DNA of 63,896 nucleotides, the filler included, from Vannella sp. (Eukaryota), in assembly GCA_023345925.1 (NCBI GenBank). It is 9 parts of 9 records of this genome, joined end to end, with 100 filler letters (N's around TTAATTAATTAA, not from the genome) between each part and the next. Parts side by side here need not be neighbours in the genome. Positions count along the whole stretch, not along the records: positions 7,810 to 16,123 come from JAJQQN010000967.1; positions 16,224 to 21,295 come from JAJQQN010000499.1; positions 21,396 to 34,646 come from JAJQQN010001038.1; 6 more parts are not named here. One strand, 5' to 3'. The notes under the pieces are model-generated. The model worked only from the letters and a program-made list of their open reading frames with translations, had not been told where the DNA came from and made no database searches. Positions 11,620 to 23,615 of this stretch are shown here, piece after piece. The position numbers and the translations under genes were made by a program. Positions within the stretch are counted from its first letter, which is position 1. Each line of letters starts with the position of its first letter.

Positions 11620-12453
11620 TCACGCCTCGCTGAACCAAGGGTGGGAGAGGACCTCGTGAATGGAAGGTCTGGAATGAGGGTCTTTGGTCAGAATAGTAGT
11701 CAGCAGATGCAAGCAGGTGGTCTCCTCAGGGCAGACTTTGTAGAACTCAGCGAAGGAGAGCCGCGTGGCAAAGTAGCTTTCCAAAGATTCCTCTCTCGAG
11801 CGTCCTTCAAAGGGGAAGGTACCAGTTAGGAGAACATATAACATGATGCCAAGGCTCCAGACGTCAGCCTTCGTTGAGTCGTAGCCTCGTGTGTGAGAGA
11901 AGATCTCGGGGGCGAGGTAAAAGTCACTTCCAACGAAGCTGTAGACTTGAGAGTCGACTTTCCACATGTGAGAGCCTCCAACGTCGCAAATCTTGACGTT
12001 GTCTTGTTCGTCCACGAGGATGTTCTCCGGTTTGAGGTCCAAGTGAGCCACTTTGTGCTTGTGCAGTTCAGCCACACCTTGGCAGACTTGCTGGAAGATA
12101 AACTTGATCTCATCGATGTCGTCGAAGCTCTCAGAGCGGGTGTAAAGGTCCTGGTGGACAAGCTCCATCACAATGTAGCCTCTTCCGGAGTACTCGAAGG
12201 CTTCGCGTAGATTGGTGGTGAAGAGAGACCCTTTCATCTCGGTTAGGATGCGTACTTCGTTTTCGAAGGTGCAGCGGAGCTTGGCGTCGTTCAGGTTGAT
12301 GACTTTGATTGCAACAAGGTCTCCAGAAGGTTGGTGTTGAGCAGCGTAGAGGCTTCCAGTTCCTCCCACTTGGAAATGCGTGGGCTCGGCGGTGTATTGA
12401 GCAAGGGCTTGATAAGCAAGTTGTTCTTGAGAGAACGGTGTCGGTCGGACCAT
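11620..12453 (-). CDS. Ser/Thr protein kinase (CAMK-like), single exon
   Basis: VAIK, HLDLKPEN, DVG (DFG variant), YLAPE, DVWSLG. Confidence 0.9.
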   Translation of the reverse strand: MVRPTPFSQEQLAYQALAQYTAEPTHFQVGGTGSLYAAQHQPSGDLVAIKVINLNDAKLRCTFENEVRILTEMKGSLFTTNLREAFEYSGRGYIVMELVHQDLYTRSESFDDIDEIKFIFQQVCQGVAELHKHKVAHLDLKPENILVDEQDNVKICDVGGSHMWKVDSQVYSFVGSDFYLAPEIFSHTRGYDSTKADVWSLGIMLYVLLTGTFPFEGRSREESLESYFATRLSFAEFYKVCPEETTCLHLLTTILTKDPHSRPSIHEVLSHPWFSEA

Positions 12454-12637
12454 GATAAAAAAGTGTGGACCAGAAAGCGTCCGTCAAGCAGGCTCTCGGA
12501 AGACATCCCTTCTCCGGATTTTTCAAGGAACGACTCAAGAATGGAAAATGAAAACTCGCGGAATCGAGCAAACTTCACGCCCATTTCGACCAATTCTCTG
12601 TTACTTCAAAGAAGACTCCCATTCTGAAGATTCTTTA

Positions 12638-12790
12638 GTCACCAAGTTTCGCAAGCGTCCTATCACAAGCGTCCTATCAATATTCGCTAGATTTGCGCGG
12701 TCATCAAGTTTCGCAAGCGTCCTATCACAAGCGTCTTACACACTATTTGGAATATTTTGCACGGTCACCAAGTTTCGCAAGCGCCCTATC
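12638..12790 (+). repeat. Three tandem copies (period 62/64 nt) of GTCA(C/T)CAAGTTTCGCAAGCG(T/C)CCTATC between divergent genes
   Basis: Copies start at 12638, 12700 and 12764; the last one abuts the carrier ATG at 12791. Confidence 0.85.
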
Positions 12791-13874
12791 ATGCAAGCCG
12801 AGCGTCCTGGCTCGAAGGACTCTGTTGGTCTTTCAGCAACTGCTCTGGTTGATGCGATCAAGGGATTCATTGCAGGAGCGGGTGCGGGAGTGTTAAGTAA
12901 GAGCTCTGTGGCTCCCGTAGAGCGAACAAAGATCCTCGCGCAAATTGAACGGCTAAGAGGCACCAATCGCTCCATCCCTCGTATAGCTCTTGAGTATGTG
13001 CACAGTACGTGATCTTTCTCCAACTGATTACCTCAGTGTACTCCAGAAAGAAGGCTTCTTGGCTTTCTGGAAGGGAAACGGGGCAAACTGCATCCGCATC
13101 ATCCCCAACAAGGGAATCCTCTTCATGTGCAACGACCTTTTTATCGCCAAGCTACAAAGAAACCTCACTGAGCTTACCTTGTGGCATCGCCTAGCTTCTG
13201 GAAGCCTTTCAGGAGCCATCCTCATCACCGTCACTTACCCTTTAGATCTCGTCACAGCTCGGCTCTCGAGTGGTGCACAGTTCAACGGAATCTGGCATTG
13301 CCTCTCTGATACACTTAAAGTAGAAGGTGAGGCCCTCCTGTTCCCCGTGCTTTCCTGAAGGCTAACTCTCCTCAGGCGCCAGGGGACTCTACAGAGGCTA
13401 CCTTCCAAGTGTACTTGGCGTAGTTCCTTACACAGGATGCCAGTTTGCTGCGTACGAGTTCTTCAAGGACTCAATTGCCACCTACTTCCCACATGACCCC
13501 TCGCGCACTCCAATTTGGATCAGTTTGACAGCTGGAGCCATGGGAGGAGCTGTGGCTCAGTCCGTCTCTTATCCCCTGGATACTATCAGGTAAAGTCAAC
13601 TCAGTCTGGACTCTTCCAGTCAACATCGACACCACCGTTGACTTAAGTTTGCTTCTGCTCAAGGCGGCGGTTGCAGGTGCAAGGGCGTGTTGGAAAGAGA
13701 GAGTATTCGGGCCTCCTCGATTGCATTGTGAAGATGTACCAGCGAGAAGGCGTAAGAAGCTTCTTCCGAGGGATCTGGCTCAACGCCGCCCGAGCAGGAC
13801 CTTCCCAAGCAGTCCAGTTTGCTTCGTTTTCCTTCCTCAAGCGCCATTTACAAGGCTCCAAGTCTTCCTCATAA
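12791..13874 (+). CDS. Mitochondrial carrier (SLC25; CoA/adenine-nucleotide-carrier-like), 3 introns (first 12994-13036)
   Basis: Px(D/E)xx(K/R) signature in each repeat (PVERTK, PLDLVTAR, PLDTIR); FWKGNGANCIRIIP. Confidence 0.9.
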
Positions 13875-13969
13875 ATTTGTTCTCGTGAGGCACATTGCAG
13901 GAGTTTCTGGCCGTTAGGTTGCCAACCGGCACTTTTCAAAGAATTTATTGTGGAAAGTCGCGATGTGGG

Positions 13970-15567
13970 CTACAGGCTGGGTTGGTGAGTTGCAGCATTC
14001 TGAATGCGCTGAATAGAAGAGAGACGCCCAAGAGTGAGTATAGTCTCTGGTACTCCGGCTCCAACGAAGCTGGCGGTGAGGGCGTAGCGAAAAGAGGGAT
14101 AAATCTTCCCCATTTTGACGTTTTCTTCTTGACATAGCTCACTCAGCTTCGAAGTGATCGATTCAAGGGTAAAATTATCATCAGAAATGCTTTCTAACTT
14201 TGCTGCTGCGACTGACATCCAGCGGGCTGAATCCGCCGTCCAGACCTTCTCTCGCATAGACAAGGACTCTTCTGTGTCATAGCGAGGCTCTTGGAAGAAG
14301 TAAGCAATTCTACCGAACTCTTTTACCAAATGCATTCGACTCTTGAGTCCGAGTCCCGTTAGAAAAGCAATTATCGCCCAAAGTCACTTACTGTGATTAG
14401 TTGGATGACCCGATGAATGTAGTCATCTGTAAACCGCTCTCGTAGAGGGAACTGAACAACCTCTTCGATAACGGGTAGTGCAGAGTCCACCAGTCTCTGG
14501 AAATCCGACATTCCGAGTTGGTTAAGGAAATGGGAGTTGATAGAGGACAGCTTCTTGGTGTCCACAACCGCTCCTGACTTATGTATGTCATCTAAACTGA
14601 AAGTCTTCTTCAAATCTGTGAGTGTTAAGCAGATGTGCTCGTCTTCTTCTCTCCGGGGCGGCGTCCAACCCAGAGCAGCAATGTAGGAGAGAATCGCCTC
14701 CTTTTCATATCCCTGATCTCGATACCACTGCAAACTGCTTGCTTCCTGTCTCTTGGAGAGTTTGGACTTGTCTAGATTGAGTAAAAGAGGCAAATGAGCA
14801 AAGCGTGGCGGCCTCCACTTGAAGAAGTGATATAGTAGAAGATGCTTTGGGACTGATGGCATCCATTCCTCGCCTCGAATCACGTGAGATATGCGTTGGT
14901 GATGGTCATCCACCACAGAAGCGAGGTGATACGTGGGAAATCCGTCCGATTTGATGAGGATTTGGTCATCCACCGAGGAGCATTCGAACTTGATGGACTC
15001 GTAGACCATGTCCTTCACTGTGACGCTTTGTTCGCGAGGTACTAGCATGCGGATGGTATGTGGAAGGGCGCGATCAAGGTTGTCTCTGATCTGATCAGCG
15101 CTGAGGTGAAGACACTTTCGGTCGTAGAAGGACGGCTTCCCCTTGTCCTTGGCTGACTTGCGAAGAGCATCTAATCGTTCTGGAGTACAGAAGCAACGAT
15201 AGGCGTGTCCTTGGAGGATGAGCTGCTCTGCGTGCTCGCGATAGTGGGGCAGATGCTCCGACTGCTTGTAGATCTCCGTTCCAGCATCAGGTGGGATCCC
15301 CATCCAAGTTAGATCAGATAGAATACGCTCTTCTGCACCTGGTACAGTACGACTCTGGTCTGTATCCTCGATACGAAGAAGAAAGGTCCCTTCATGACGC
15401 CGGGCAAAGAGAAAGTTAAACAAAGCTGTGCGTACACCACCCAGATGTAGCTCTCCAGTCGGTGATGGTGCGAACCGCACTCTAACATCAACCTCTTTGC
15501 AAAAGAACCTCCTCCAAGACACCACAAAGCTCCCAATCCCCGCTCCCCCTCTGGGCCTCCCCAACAT
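13970..15567 (-). CDS. EARS2: Mitochondrial glutamyl-tRNA synthetase, one intron near 14345-14392
   Basis: VRVRFAPSPTGELHLGG (HIGH), LRIEDTD, SHVIRGEEW, KLSKR (KMSKS); N-terminal presequence-like region; anticodon-binding domain in the last exon. Confidence 0.92.
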
Positions 15568-16123
15568 GCCCCCAAAAAGTGTTCTCAAGACCCAAATGCA
15601 TCAGATATGATGTCCAGCAATGGTTTCCAATGACAGACATGTCTTAACGATAGTCTTCTTGTGACTCTTTCGCAGCATCAAGCTTTGCGCTCCTTTCAGC
15701 TTGTGAGGAGCCTTGCCACGGCTTCAATCACTTTCAGTGAGACAGTTCCAATGACCAGACACGCTTGACTCTACTTGAACGCTTCTTTCTCCTCATAAAC
15801 GATGGTTCGGGCAATGGAAAGGGCTCGGAGCTTCTCAATAGTCAGCCTTGAAGCTTCCTATGAGCTGCCAGAAGCCCATCCTCCTCCAGTCCGTCTTCCC
15901 GTTCATCTATACTGCGCCTTCCTGATGAGAACATCCTTCAGCGCATTCACTCCTCCTTGAGATGGTTGTGCAAGTCCTCTCGTTCTTTCCCTTCCTCGAC
16001 CAAGGGCGAGTGCTGCCGATTGCTACATAGCTTCTTCTGGGAGTCTTCTGCTTCACTGCACCACCTCCCCCACAAATAAGTTAGCGGCAAAATGATCTCC
16101 TGTGGAGGGGAAATGCCCTTGGG

Positions 16124-16223
16124 NNNNNNNNNNNNNNNNNNNNNNNNNNNNNNNNNNNNNNNNNNNNTTAATTAATTAANNNNNNNNNNNNNNNNNNNNN
16201 NNNNNNNNNNNNNNNNNNNNNNN
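16124..16223. other. Artificial contig linker
   Basis: 44N-TTAATTAATTAA-44N. Confidence 0.98.
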
Positions 16224-18271
16224 CCAAGTGGGAGGGGTTGTTCAGGAGATACCAAGTATCGTTCTACTTGTTCATATTGGCAAACCTTTTGGAAGAAATC
16301 CTTAATAATCTGGGTCATCTCGAAGACACCAAAAAATTGAAAAAAGCGCAGTGTGCTTTGACTGATCAAATCTTGTCCTGTTTCTCTTGCTAGGCCTAAG
16401 AAAGCCTCTCGCTCCATCTCTCCTGAAGAGATGGATTGCGATACTTCGTATGCAAATTGCGCGATCTGTTGGAAACAGGGAGAATCGCGTGGAAGGGCCA
16501 CACAAAGATTGCTCTGGATGAGTTTGATCTGGAGTCCATTTAACCAGGGAGGTGCCAAGTGCTTTCCAAACAATTCGTTTGTCACATCACAGCAGAACCT
16601 GTTACGAGAAACAATCAGGTCCTTTCGGATGTCAAAGAACGATTTCAAAATAGCAATGAATTTCTCAAACTGGTTGTTGTTGGCTAATTGACTGAACTTG
16701 TCAAGCAAGTCATTTTTGAAACAGGTCAAAATCTCTTTGGGTAGCTTAGAGACGGGAGATTCAGACGATTCCAGCAACAGAGATAGCTTGCAAGTGCTCT
16801 TCAATACTGAGCGGAAGAGAGAGCGATAGGTAAGATGCTTATCAGCCTCAGACACTAGTTTCTCTCCAGAGCAGCGAGCAGAGAAAAAGTGGTGCAGTTG
16901 GAAGGCACCTAATCGGATGGATTCATTCTGTTGAGATTCGGTATCTTTGATGAATTGCCGCACTCCAGAGACCAAGGTGTTTACCGGAAGAGAATCTGAC
17001 ACCTCTTCTGATTCTTCCATGTTGTCTGTAGCGACAAAGGGTGGTAGATGAAGTAACACGTCAAAGACACGCTGAACCATAGCACTAGGAGCTTGGGAAA
17101 ATGGTTGATGGTTGAGATCTTGGACCAGTGACCAGCAAATCGAAGTACTCAGAAGGTCAAAGTCCTCTTGAATGATAGGCCTGGACTTTCCGATGGTATC
17201 TAATATTGTAACTAGAAGATCCTGAGCTTGATTCTTTGCCATCAATTCGGAAGCGAGATTCCGCCACCACTCCTTCCACTCGTTGCTGGCTTGGATCATT
17301 TCAAGAAGGCACTGGGGCTTAGCCACAAGCTCATCATAATGGACACCGATTTGCTCCTTTGGAATCAGAGCTCCGAATCGATCAAAGAGTGCAATCAAAG
17401 AGTTTGTGGGACAAAGTCGAACGAAGAGATCCATCCATGTTTCTCTCGCTACCTTGGGCAAGGCCCCCCAATCATCTGACTGAAATACCCCTTCGTCTAG
17501 AATCAATGTCTTAAACTCAAGAGCTGTCCAAGAGGGTGGGCGAAACTGAAACGACCTGAACGGGGTAAGTAGCTCATAACTCTTGTTTCTTGCCAGAGCT
17601 TGCAGAACGACACCAGCCAAATGAACGGGTAGACTCCCGATTGTATCAAAGTGTGTTGCTATGGTTATCACTGTAATTGCCTCATCCGTTGTCCAGTGTC
17701 GGTGTGCAACCAACTCAGACAAGGCAGATAGAAAGCCCAACCAACGATGGGCCATGGGAGCTTGTAGGTCGCATACTCTCTTTCTCTCGTCAGGACAGGC
17801 TATTAAGGCAATGGCATCATTGGCGAGGGACTCTGCGTCTTCTGCACTCACACAAGTAGCAAGGAGTTGCTCCAAACATGAAGCCACTTCTTCTTCTTGA
17901 AGGTCAAGTGGTTTGCGAGAGATCTGGTCCACGATGTCAGCCACCACTTGCGAGATTAGGCTCTGTTCGAATTGAACGTGGACGGACTCTTGTTCAGGGG
18001 GGGATATCACAAAGGGAGGGGGCGAGCGGACCAGCTTTTCCCATACCCCTGAGGAGGAACGTGGGAAGCTAAGGCTTTCATTCGCTATATCGTCAGGAAC
18101 TCTCACAAAGTAGGTGTAGAGCGTGTCTTTGTACACCTCAAACTGATACTGATCCGGGATCTCCAACTGGTTTGGGAGCACCGCCACTATCAGCACAGTG
18201 GCATTCGGCCTTCTCTTCTTGAGAGATTGCGGGTCCTCAAGATCATCAAGCGAGGGCCGCTTCTTGCTCAT
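16224..18271 (-). CDS. Uncharacterised helical protein with bipartite NLS-like N-terminus (3' truncated)
   Basis: Open frame of about 680 codons; MSKKRPSLDDLEDPQSLKKRRP; no family recognised. Confidence 0.65.
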
Positions 18272-18518
18272 CAGGACCAACAAAAAATGATGAGAAAAGG
18301 TACAGCTTGTCGAGTCATTCGTCTTCAGTTCCCCTCTTCATTTCGCATTTCCCCTTGATTTCGCTTCCTCGTTTCCCTTGAAGACCTCTCTCTTTCAGTT
18401 CCAGGAATTTTTGGAAACTGACATGACCAAATGCACCCACTTTTAACCAGGACTACGTATTTTAACGGCAATTTCCACAATTTGCGATATGTTTGGTTGA
18501 AATGGCTGTCCATTCTTA

Positions 18519-19214
18519 ATGGCTCAGCGGGCGACTCCTCTGATTGCCGAGCTCTTTTCACAATGTTCTCGTGTATTTGAGGGGGAAGCTTTGTTGGGTG
18601 GTGCTGAGACGCGGAAAGCTCTGTCTCAAGTGATCCCTATGCTGGAGCGCCTGACAGCTGCTGATGTGGGCCTGTTTGACCCAACGTTTGGAAGCCAGTA
18701 CGAGTGCGCCATCTCCCAGCGCGTCTATTCAGGTCCAAGCTTCTCCTTGGACATATTCATCTTACCAAAGTCCTACAGCATGCCCCTGCATGACCATCCT
18801 CGTATGACAGTCGCCACAAAGATGCTTTACGGAAGCGCCCACATTGTAGCTTATGATTGGGACGAGAAGCAGGCGCTCGTGGGATCAGAGAGTCCTCGAA
18901 GAGCGAATCTATCTCTGAATGATACCCTCTCAGGAGGAGACCCCGTCAAAGTGCTGTTCCCAAGCACAGCGAACATCCACGCGATCATGGGGACGACCAC
19001 GTGTGCCTTTTTCGACATTCTTGTGCCTCCTTACGTCGACGGCCGAATGTGTCGATACTACAGACCTGCTGGTGATAATCACAACTACTCCTTTGACTTT
19101 TCCAAGGTCTCAGAGACGCTGGACCTTGAAGAGTACGATCCGGCGCACTTTGAGTGCGTTGGTGACATGTACCGCGGCCCCAAACCATTTACCAATTCCC
19201 TACACAAAGTCTAG
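18519..19214 (+). CDS. ADO: Cysteamine dioxygenase / plant cysteine oxidase family (PCO_ADO cupin)
   Basis: MPLHDHPRMTV..KMLYG, NIHAI, AFFDILVPPY, CRYY. Confidence 0.88.
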   Translation: MAQRATPLIAELFSQCSRVFEGEALLGGAETRKALSQVIPMLERLTAADVGLFDPTFGSQYECAISQRVYSGPSFSLDIFILPKSYSMPLHDHPRMTVATKMLYGSAHIVAYDWDEKQALVGSESPRRANLSLNDTLSGGDPVKVLFPSTANIHAIMGTTTCAFFDILVPPYVDGRMCRYYRPAGDNHNYSFDFSKVSETLDLEEYDPAHFECVGDMYRGPKPFTNSLHKV

Positions 19215-20432
19215 TTTGGGCCAACTGATACATTTTCATTCCCTTCCATAAGTTCTGCCTCCAATGAGAGTCTGATGAGACACCAGGTACTCATCTCTCT
19301 GGTGACTTTGAGACTGAATGAGTGCGAAATGCTGTATCTAAACAAGAGGGAATCATTGCTAAAAGAGACCTTGGATCCGGCGTTGGTCAAGATACCTCGG
19401 AGTCACAGAGGAAACGGATTGTCCCATGGGGAGGCTGAAACACCCTCAGAGATTCAAAACAGCAAAAGAAAGAAACCAAAAAAGGAGACTTTCTAGATAG
19501 AAATGGACCTAAGGAGAGTTGGATTTCCAGATAGATGAACTTTGTAGTCTTCCCGATGCTAATGGTCCCGTTCGGTTGGGTGGGTCTTGAAAGGAGTTAA
19601 ACAAGAGACAGATTTAGGAAGCTAAGTCTGTGACTGTCCGACCCAACAAGAACCAGGATTCGCTGAATGAGTCAAGTCATTTGTTAATGATGGTTCAGTG
19701 GGCGATTGGATCAAGTTCATCTACATCTATTGGGTCAGCGAAGGGCTCCATTTGCTGTGATGATTGACAAGGAGCTCCTGCAAGGACTTTTTCTGGGCGT
19801 TGTTTAAGTTCCAACCTCAAGCTGCGCGATTGCTGAGTGACTCGCGAGCCGTCATCCGAATAAAAGGGACTTCCGGCCGACCCAATGGATGTCAATGGAC
19901 TTGATCCTGCCTTTTTGGTCCACTGCCCGCAACAGAGCATACTGCACTTTGTCCTCCCCCAAGTTGGCCAGCAAGGCCCGAGTTGGTCAGCTGCACAGTG
20001 TTGGAGGATTTGCCAAAGAAGAAAGCCACCCAATTGGTCTTGTTGTCGTCGCGAGCGTCATTGATGAGCGCTTCAAACGACTTGCCGGCGCCTCATTCGA
20101 GCCCTTTGGAGCACCCAAAACTCAAAAAATGAAATCAGACCAAAAGCTTATCCTGAAGAGATGGAGCTCATCAGGACACTCCTCGTAACATTTTCCCTCA
20201 TACCCCAAGGGGGCCTGAGTCAGACCTTGGAGAACTGTTTTCCCCAAGCCGTGGCATTGAACTCTCATTCAATAGCCTCCCGTTACCGTCAGATGAAGCT
20301 AATAATGGGGAAAGCAGGGATGAGCTTCTCCAGTTTCCCATTCCTTCATTATTGCGTAGTATAATTTCGATACTCCCGGGCTCAGCAAGGCACTTTTTCT
20401 CTGGCTCTTGTGCAACACCTGATTCTCAGGAC

Positions 20433-21295
20433 ATGCAGGGCAGCTATCTTCCTCCTTATGCTCAATTTCCAGTCGGCCCCAACCACAACGAGGAACCCGC
20501 TCCTTCGCAAGCCCGAATGAATCCTCCTGTGGCCCAACCTTGCTATGCACAGCCCACTTCCTCTCAGCAGGACATTCCTGCGTACGCCCGATGGGATCAG
20601 CAACAGGTTCCTGTCCATGGTGTGGCTTCTCAAACGAAGGGTCCTCCCTCCTGTCCCTCTGGGGCTTCGATTAAGCTGGAAGACAAAGCGTTGGCAGTCT
20701 TCTGCCCCCAGGATCAAGTCTCCGTGTTTACTCCAAACCGTTGTGCCCCAGAGTCGGAAACATTCAAAATCTATGCACCTACTAAGTTGTTTAGTTCCAA
20801 GACAGTGGAGGATAGCTTGAAAGCAAAGAGATTTGCTCAATCTCCCGTTGGTATAACAAAATGCTCTCTGATGACTTGTGAGAAGGAGGAGATTGCAGCG
20901 TTCCGGTACTGCCCTCCCTAGGGAGTCTCACAATGCGCTCAGGAGGATACATCACTGACAGCTCCAAAAACATTCGAGTTTTGGTGAAAGGCACAGACGG
21001 AGGCTCTTCGTACGGCGGAGAAGTCTGGATTCTGGCCGAGCCCATTCCATTGAAGACAAAAGGCTTGAGCGAAAAGGTCAAAGAGTACATGGTACGAGCT
21101 CCAGACTTCATCATCACTACAAAACTCTATTTCAAGCAGCTTGTAGGATTCCTGATTGTGAACCAAGCTCAAGACCTGGTCCTAAGAGCTGAATTGAAAT
21201 CAGAGTGGACCATGAAGTACCACGTTCACACTGCGAACTACATTGACTCCGCATTCTTGTTGATCTTGAGTATTGCTTTCCTTGAGATGTTTCGC
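20433..21295 (+). CDS. Pro/Gln-rich N-terminus plus possible LOR/tubby-C/scramblase-like domain; frame break near 20921; 3' truncated
   Basis: ORFs 20352-20921 and 20933 onward; C-terminal YHVHTANYIDSAFLLILSIAFLEM resembles the LOR/scramblase terminal helix. Confidence 0.4.
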
Positions 21296-21395
21296 NNNNN
21301 NNNNNNNNNNNNNNNNNNNNNNNNNNNNNNNNNNNNNNNTTAATTAATTAANNNNNNNNNNNNNNNNNNNNNNNNNNNNNNNNNNNNNNNNNNNN
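21296..21395. other. Artificial contig linker
   Basis: 44N-TTAATTAATTAA-44N. Confidence 0.98.
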
Positions 21396-21685
21396 GATTA
21401 TCTCATGGATGTTGGCCCCTTCAAAACAGGAAGTTTGCCGGTTTCCGAACCGGGTAATAACTGGGAATGCAAGGGCTCGTATTATTTGTGGAGCCAAGTT
21501 GACGACTACAGCCCCGATTGATTCCTCTGGGGGAGGTACCCAATGATCAAGCAGTTGAATGCACTGTTGTGGGTGGGGCCCTTCCTCTCGGATGGGGGAA
21601 CGAAAAGGGATTTATCGAAATATGGAGCAGGAGAGTGCAAGGGGAAGGAAGCGAGGCCATTTCAAGTGGTCCTATAGGTTTCTGA

Positions 21686-22273
21686 TTACATGATGGACAT
21701 TGGTTCTCGAGGAGTCCGTGGAGTGCGAGGGGTGTGGCCGTCTCGGCCCTGTTTTGTCTTCCTCTTTGCTTTAGGCTTTTTGATGGTCTTGGTTGCTCGC
21801 TCCTTCATGGGAGACTGACAAGGTGAGTCCGATGCTGCCAGTTGCTCTCGTAAGGACAACAACTCCCTGCGGATGCGGTCCAAGTCCGAGTCGCTCTCCC
21901 CCGAAGAGGCGCGGTCCGGTTGTTGGAGTGTCTCTGTCTTAACGACTAGGAGAGAAGGCGCCATGGTAGCTGGCATGGGCGACAAAGGGCTCCGCTTCTT
22001 GTCTTTCTTACGGGGCTTCTTCTCTGGGATGGACGCCTCTTCGTTGTTCAAGAGACTCACGCGCTTCTCTTTGGGCTTCTCGGGTGATGCACTCAAGGCC
22101 TCTTCTGTGTTGATGTTGCTAACAAAGTTCTCCTTGTCTATTGTGCTGGAGAGAGGCGGTAACTCAACAGAACAACGATCAAGGTTCTTCCCTCTCAAGC
22201 GATTGACAAAGCCACGAAGTCTGGAAGGTCGAGGCGCCTTGCGATGCCCTTTCAATCGAGAGATCTGATCCAT
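21686..22273 (-). CDS. Basic disordered protein with KEN-box and CDK-type S/T-P sites
   Basis: 195-aa ATG ORF; DKENF, SPEK, SPMK, TPRTPRTPR. Confidence 0.6.
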   Translation of the reverse strand: MDQISRLKGHRKAPRPSRLRGFVNRLRGKNLDRCSVELPPLSSTIDKENFVSNINTEEALSASPEKPKEKRVSLLNNEEASIPEKKPRKKDKKRSPLSPMPATMAPSLLVVKTETLQQPDRASSGESDSDLDRIRRELLSLREQLAASDSPCQSPMKERATKTIKKPKAKRKTKQGRDGHTPRTPRTPREPMSIM

Positions 22274-22310
22274 GACGGAGGGGAGTGGTAGTGACTGGGC
22301 AACGAACAGC

Positions 22311-22342
22311 CAAACCGTTGCAAAGACCCTTTTCCCGCCAAA
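22311..22342 (-). promoter_or_regulatory. E2F-like site TTTGGCGGGAAAA followed by MYB/MSA-like CAACGG
   Basis: Minus strand reads TTTGGCGGGAAAAGGGTCTTTGCAACGGT, ending about 40 nt before ATG22273; the same module occurs at 37167-37189. Confidence 0.55.
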
Positions 22343-22384
22343 TATGCGGGACGACGTCTTGGGGATCGTTTATGAAGAAGGAAG

Positions 22385-23440
22385 CTAAAGAGCATCGTCG
22401 TCCAGCTCTTTGGAGGCCTCTCCGTTGATATCGAGGAGAGAGTAGAAGTTGGGGTCGGTGAAAAGGTCTTTCACTCGAATCAGGGTAAAGTACATCGCCA
22501 GGCCTAGGAATACAAAGGAGAGAAGGCAGATCATAGCAAAGAGAAGCCAGTCGAGCATCCCCCACTGATACAGCACGTACATGACCGAGATGAAGCTCAT
22601 AAACACCGCGTGTAGGACCATTGAAGGCATCACCACCTGCCAAGAGGGGATAGACTCCTTCTCAGGGTCTCGGAAACGCTGTTTGACAAAGTTTAGGCCA
22701 ATCCAGAGGCCAGCAATGATCTGCATCGTCGAGGTCAAGAACGACTCCACCGCGAAGTAGACGATTGCTTCCAGCTCATTGGACATCCAGTAGACCCGAA
22801 GGATGCGCAGTGTTCCACTGAAGAAGATGAAGCCTAAAGTAGATCCAATAGCGTACATGACCGTGCCATAGCGGGAGGGGAGAGGACCCAACGAGGCGAT
22901 GTGGCAAAGGATCGCAAACTTGAGGAGCTCCTCTGGAATGGCTTCTAAGAAGATTGCTTCGACGAGAGCTTCGCATACAGCAGCTACCATGAGCACGATG
23001 ACGCGCTTTTGGAGAGCATGATAGATGGAGTTCACGACGTAGAGCATCCCATACACCACAGCCCACTGGATCAAGTACAGGATGGTGTCTGAGAAGTACC
23101 CAAGCATGATAGACTGAAGGAGGCGTTGGGAGGAAGCTGCACCACGCATGGGAGCGTAGGAGCGGAAGAGGAGCCATCCCCAGAAGATAGGGACGATCGT
23201 GAAGAGGATAGAGAAGAGAACGGAGAAGTTTCGCTTAAGAATAACACCTGCAATCACCACAAACACTTGAAACGAGACGACAAAGCCCAACAGGGCCACA
23301 GAAAGTAGCTGAGGAGGCAAATAGTTTCCCAAAAGGGCACCTCGGAAGGATCTCTCTTCCGGCTTTACTTCCTCCACGACTCCTCCCTCTTGTGTTAGAT
23401 CGATCTCAGTTACGGCGGGGTCTTTCGAAGCCTCGCTCAT
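22385..23440 (-). CDS. PrsW-like multipass membrane protein (degenerate catalytic motifs)
   Basis: Many TM helices; IPEELLKF (EExxK) and VLHAVF motifs. Confidence 0.6.
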   Translation of the reverse strand: MSEASKDPAVTEIDLTQEGGVVEEVKPEERSFRGALLGNYLPPQLLSVALLGFVVSFQVFVVIAGVILKRNFSVLFSILFTIVPIFWGWLLFRSYAPMRGAASSQRLLQSIMLGYFSDTILYLIQWAVVYGMLYVVNSIYHALQKRVIVLMVAAVCEALVEAIFLEAIPEELLKFAILCHIASLGPLPSRYGTVMYAIGSTLGFIFFSGTLRILRVYWMSNELEAIVYFAVESFLTSTMQIIAGLWIGLNFVKQRFRDPEKESIPSWQVVMPSMVLHAVFMSFISVMYVLYQWGMLDWLLFAMICLLSFVFLGLAMYFTLIRVKDLFTDPNFYSLLDINGEASKELDDDAL

Positions 23441-23615
23441 GACCGGCCTTGAAATAATGAACGACCAGTTTGACCATTTTGGACTTGGACTCTCTTCCCT
23501 CTCTCCGCCCTCTCTGATCTAAACGGATTGTTGAAAGGAATAAACGTCGCCTCTTTGTCCACGAAATCCCATTTGAACAGGAGAATGATTTTGGAGCATT
23601 TTTTGCGGTTCACCA

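Noticed and set aside
12638..12790. CRISPR-like array (repeats with ~63-nt period)
   Set aside because: Only three imperfect copies, spacers partly similar to each other, no cas genes, and an intron-rich eukaryotic context.
19260..20330. Short ORFs in a 1-kb gap (also 57700-58370 and 60253-60660)
   Set aside because: No recognisable motifs or consistent splice structure, so no gene call is supportable.
20906..20921. 16-nt GT-AG micro-intron to explain the frame break
   Set aside because: Removing it does not restore the frame to ATG20933.
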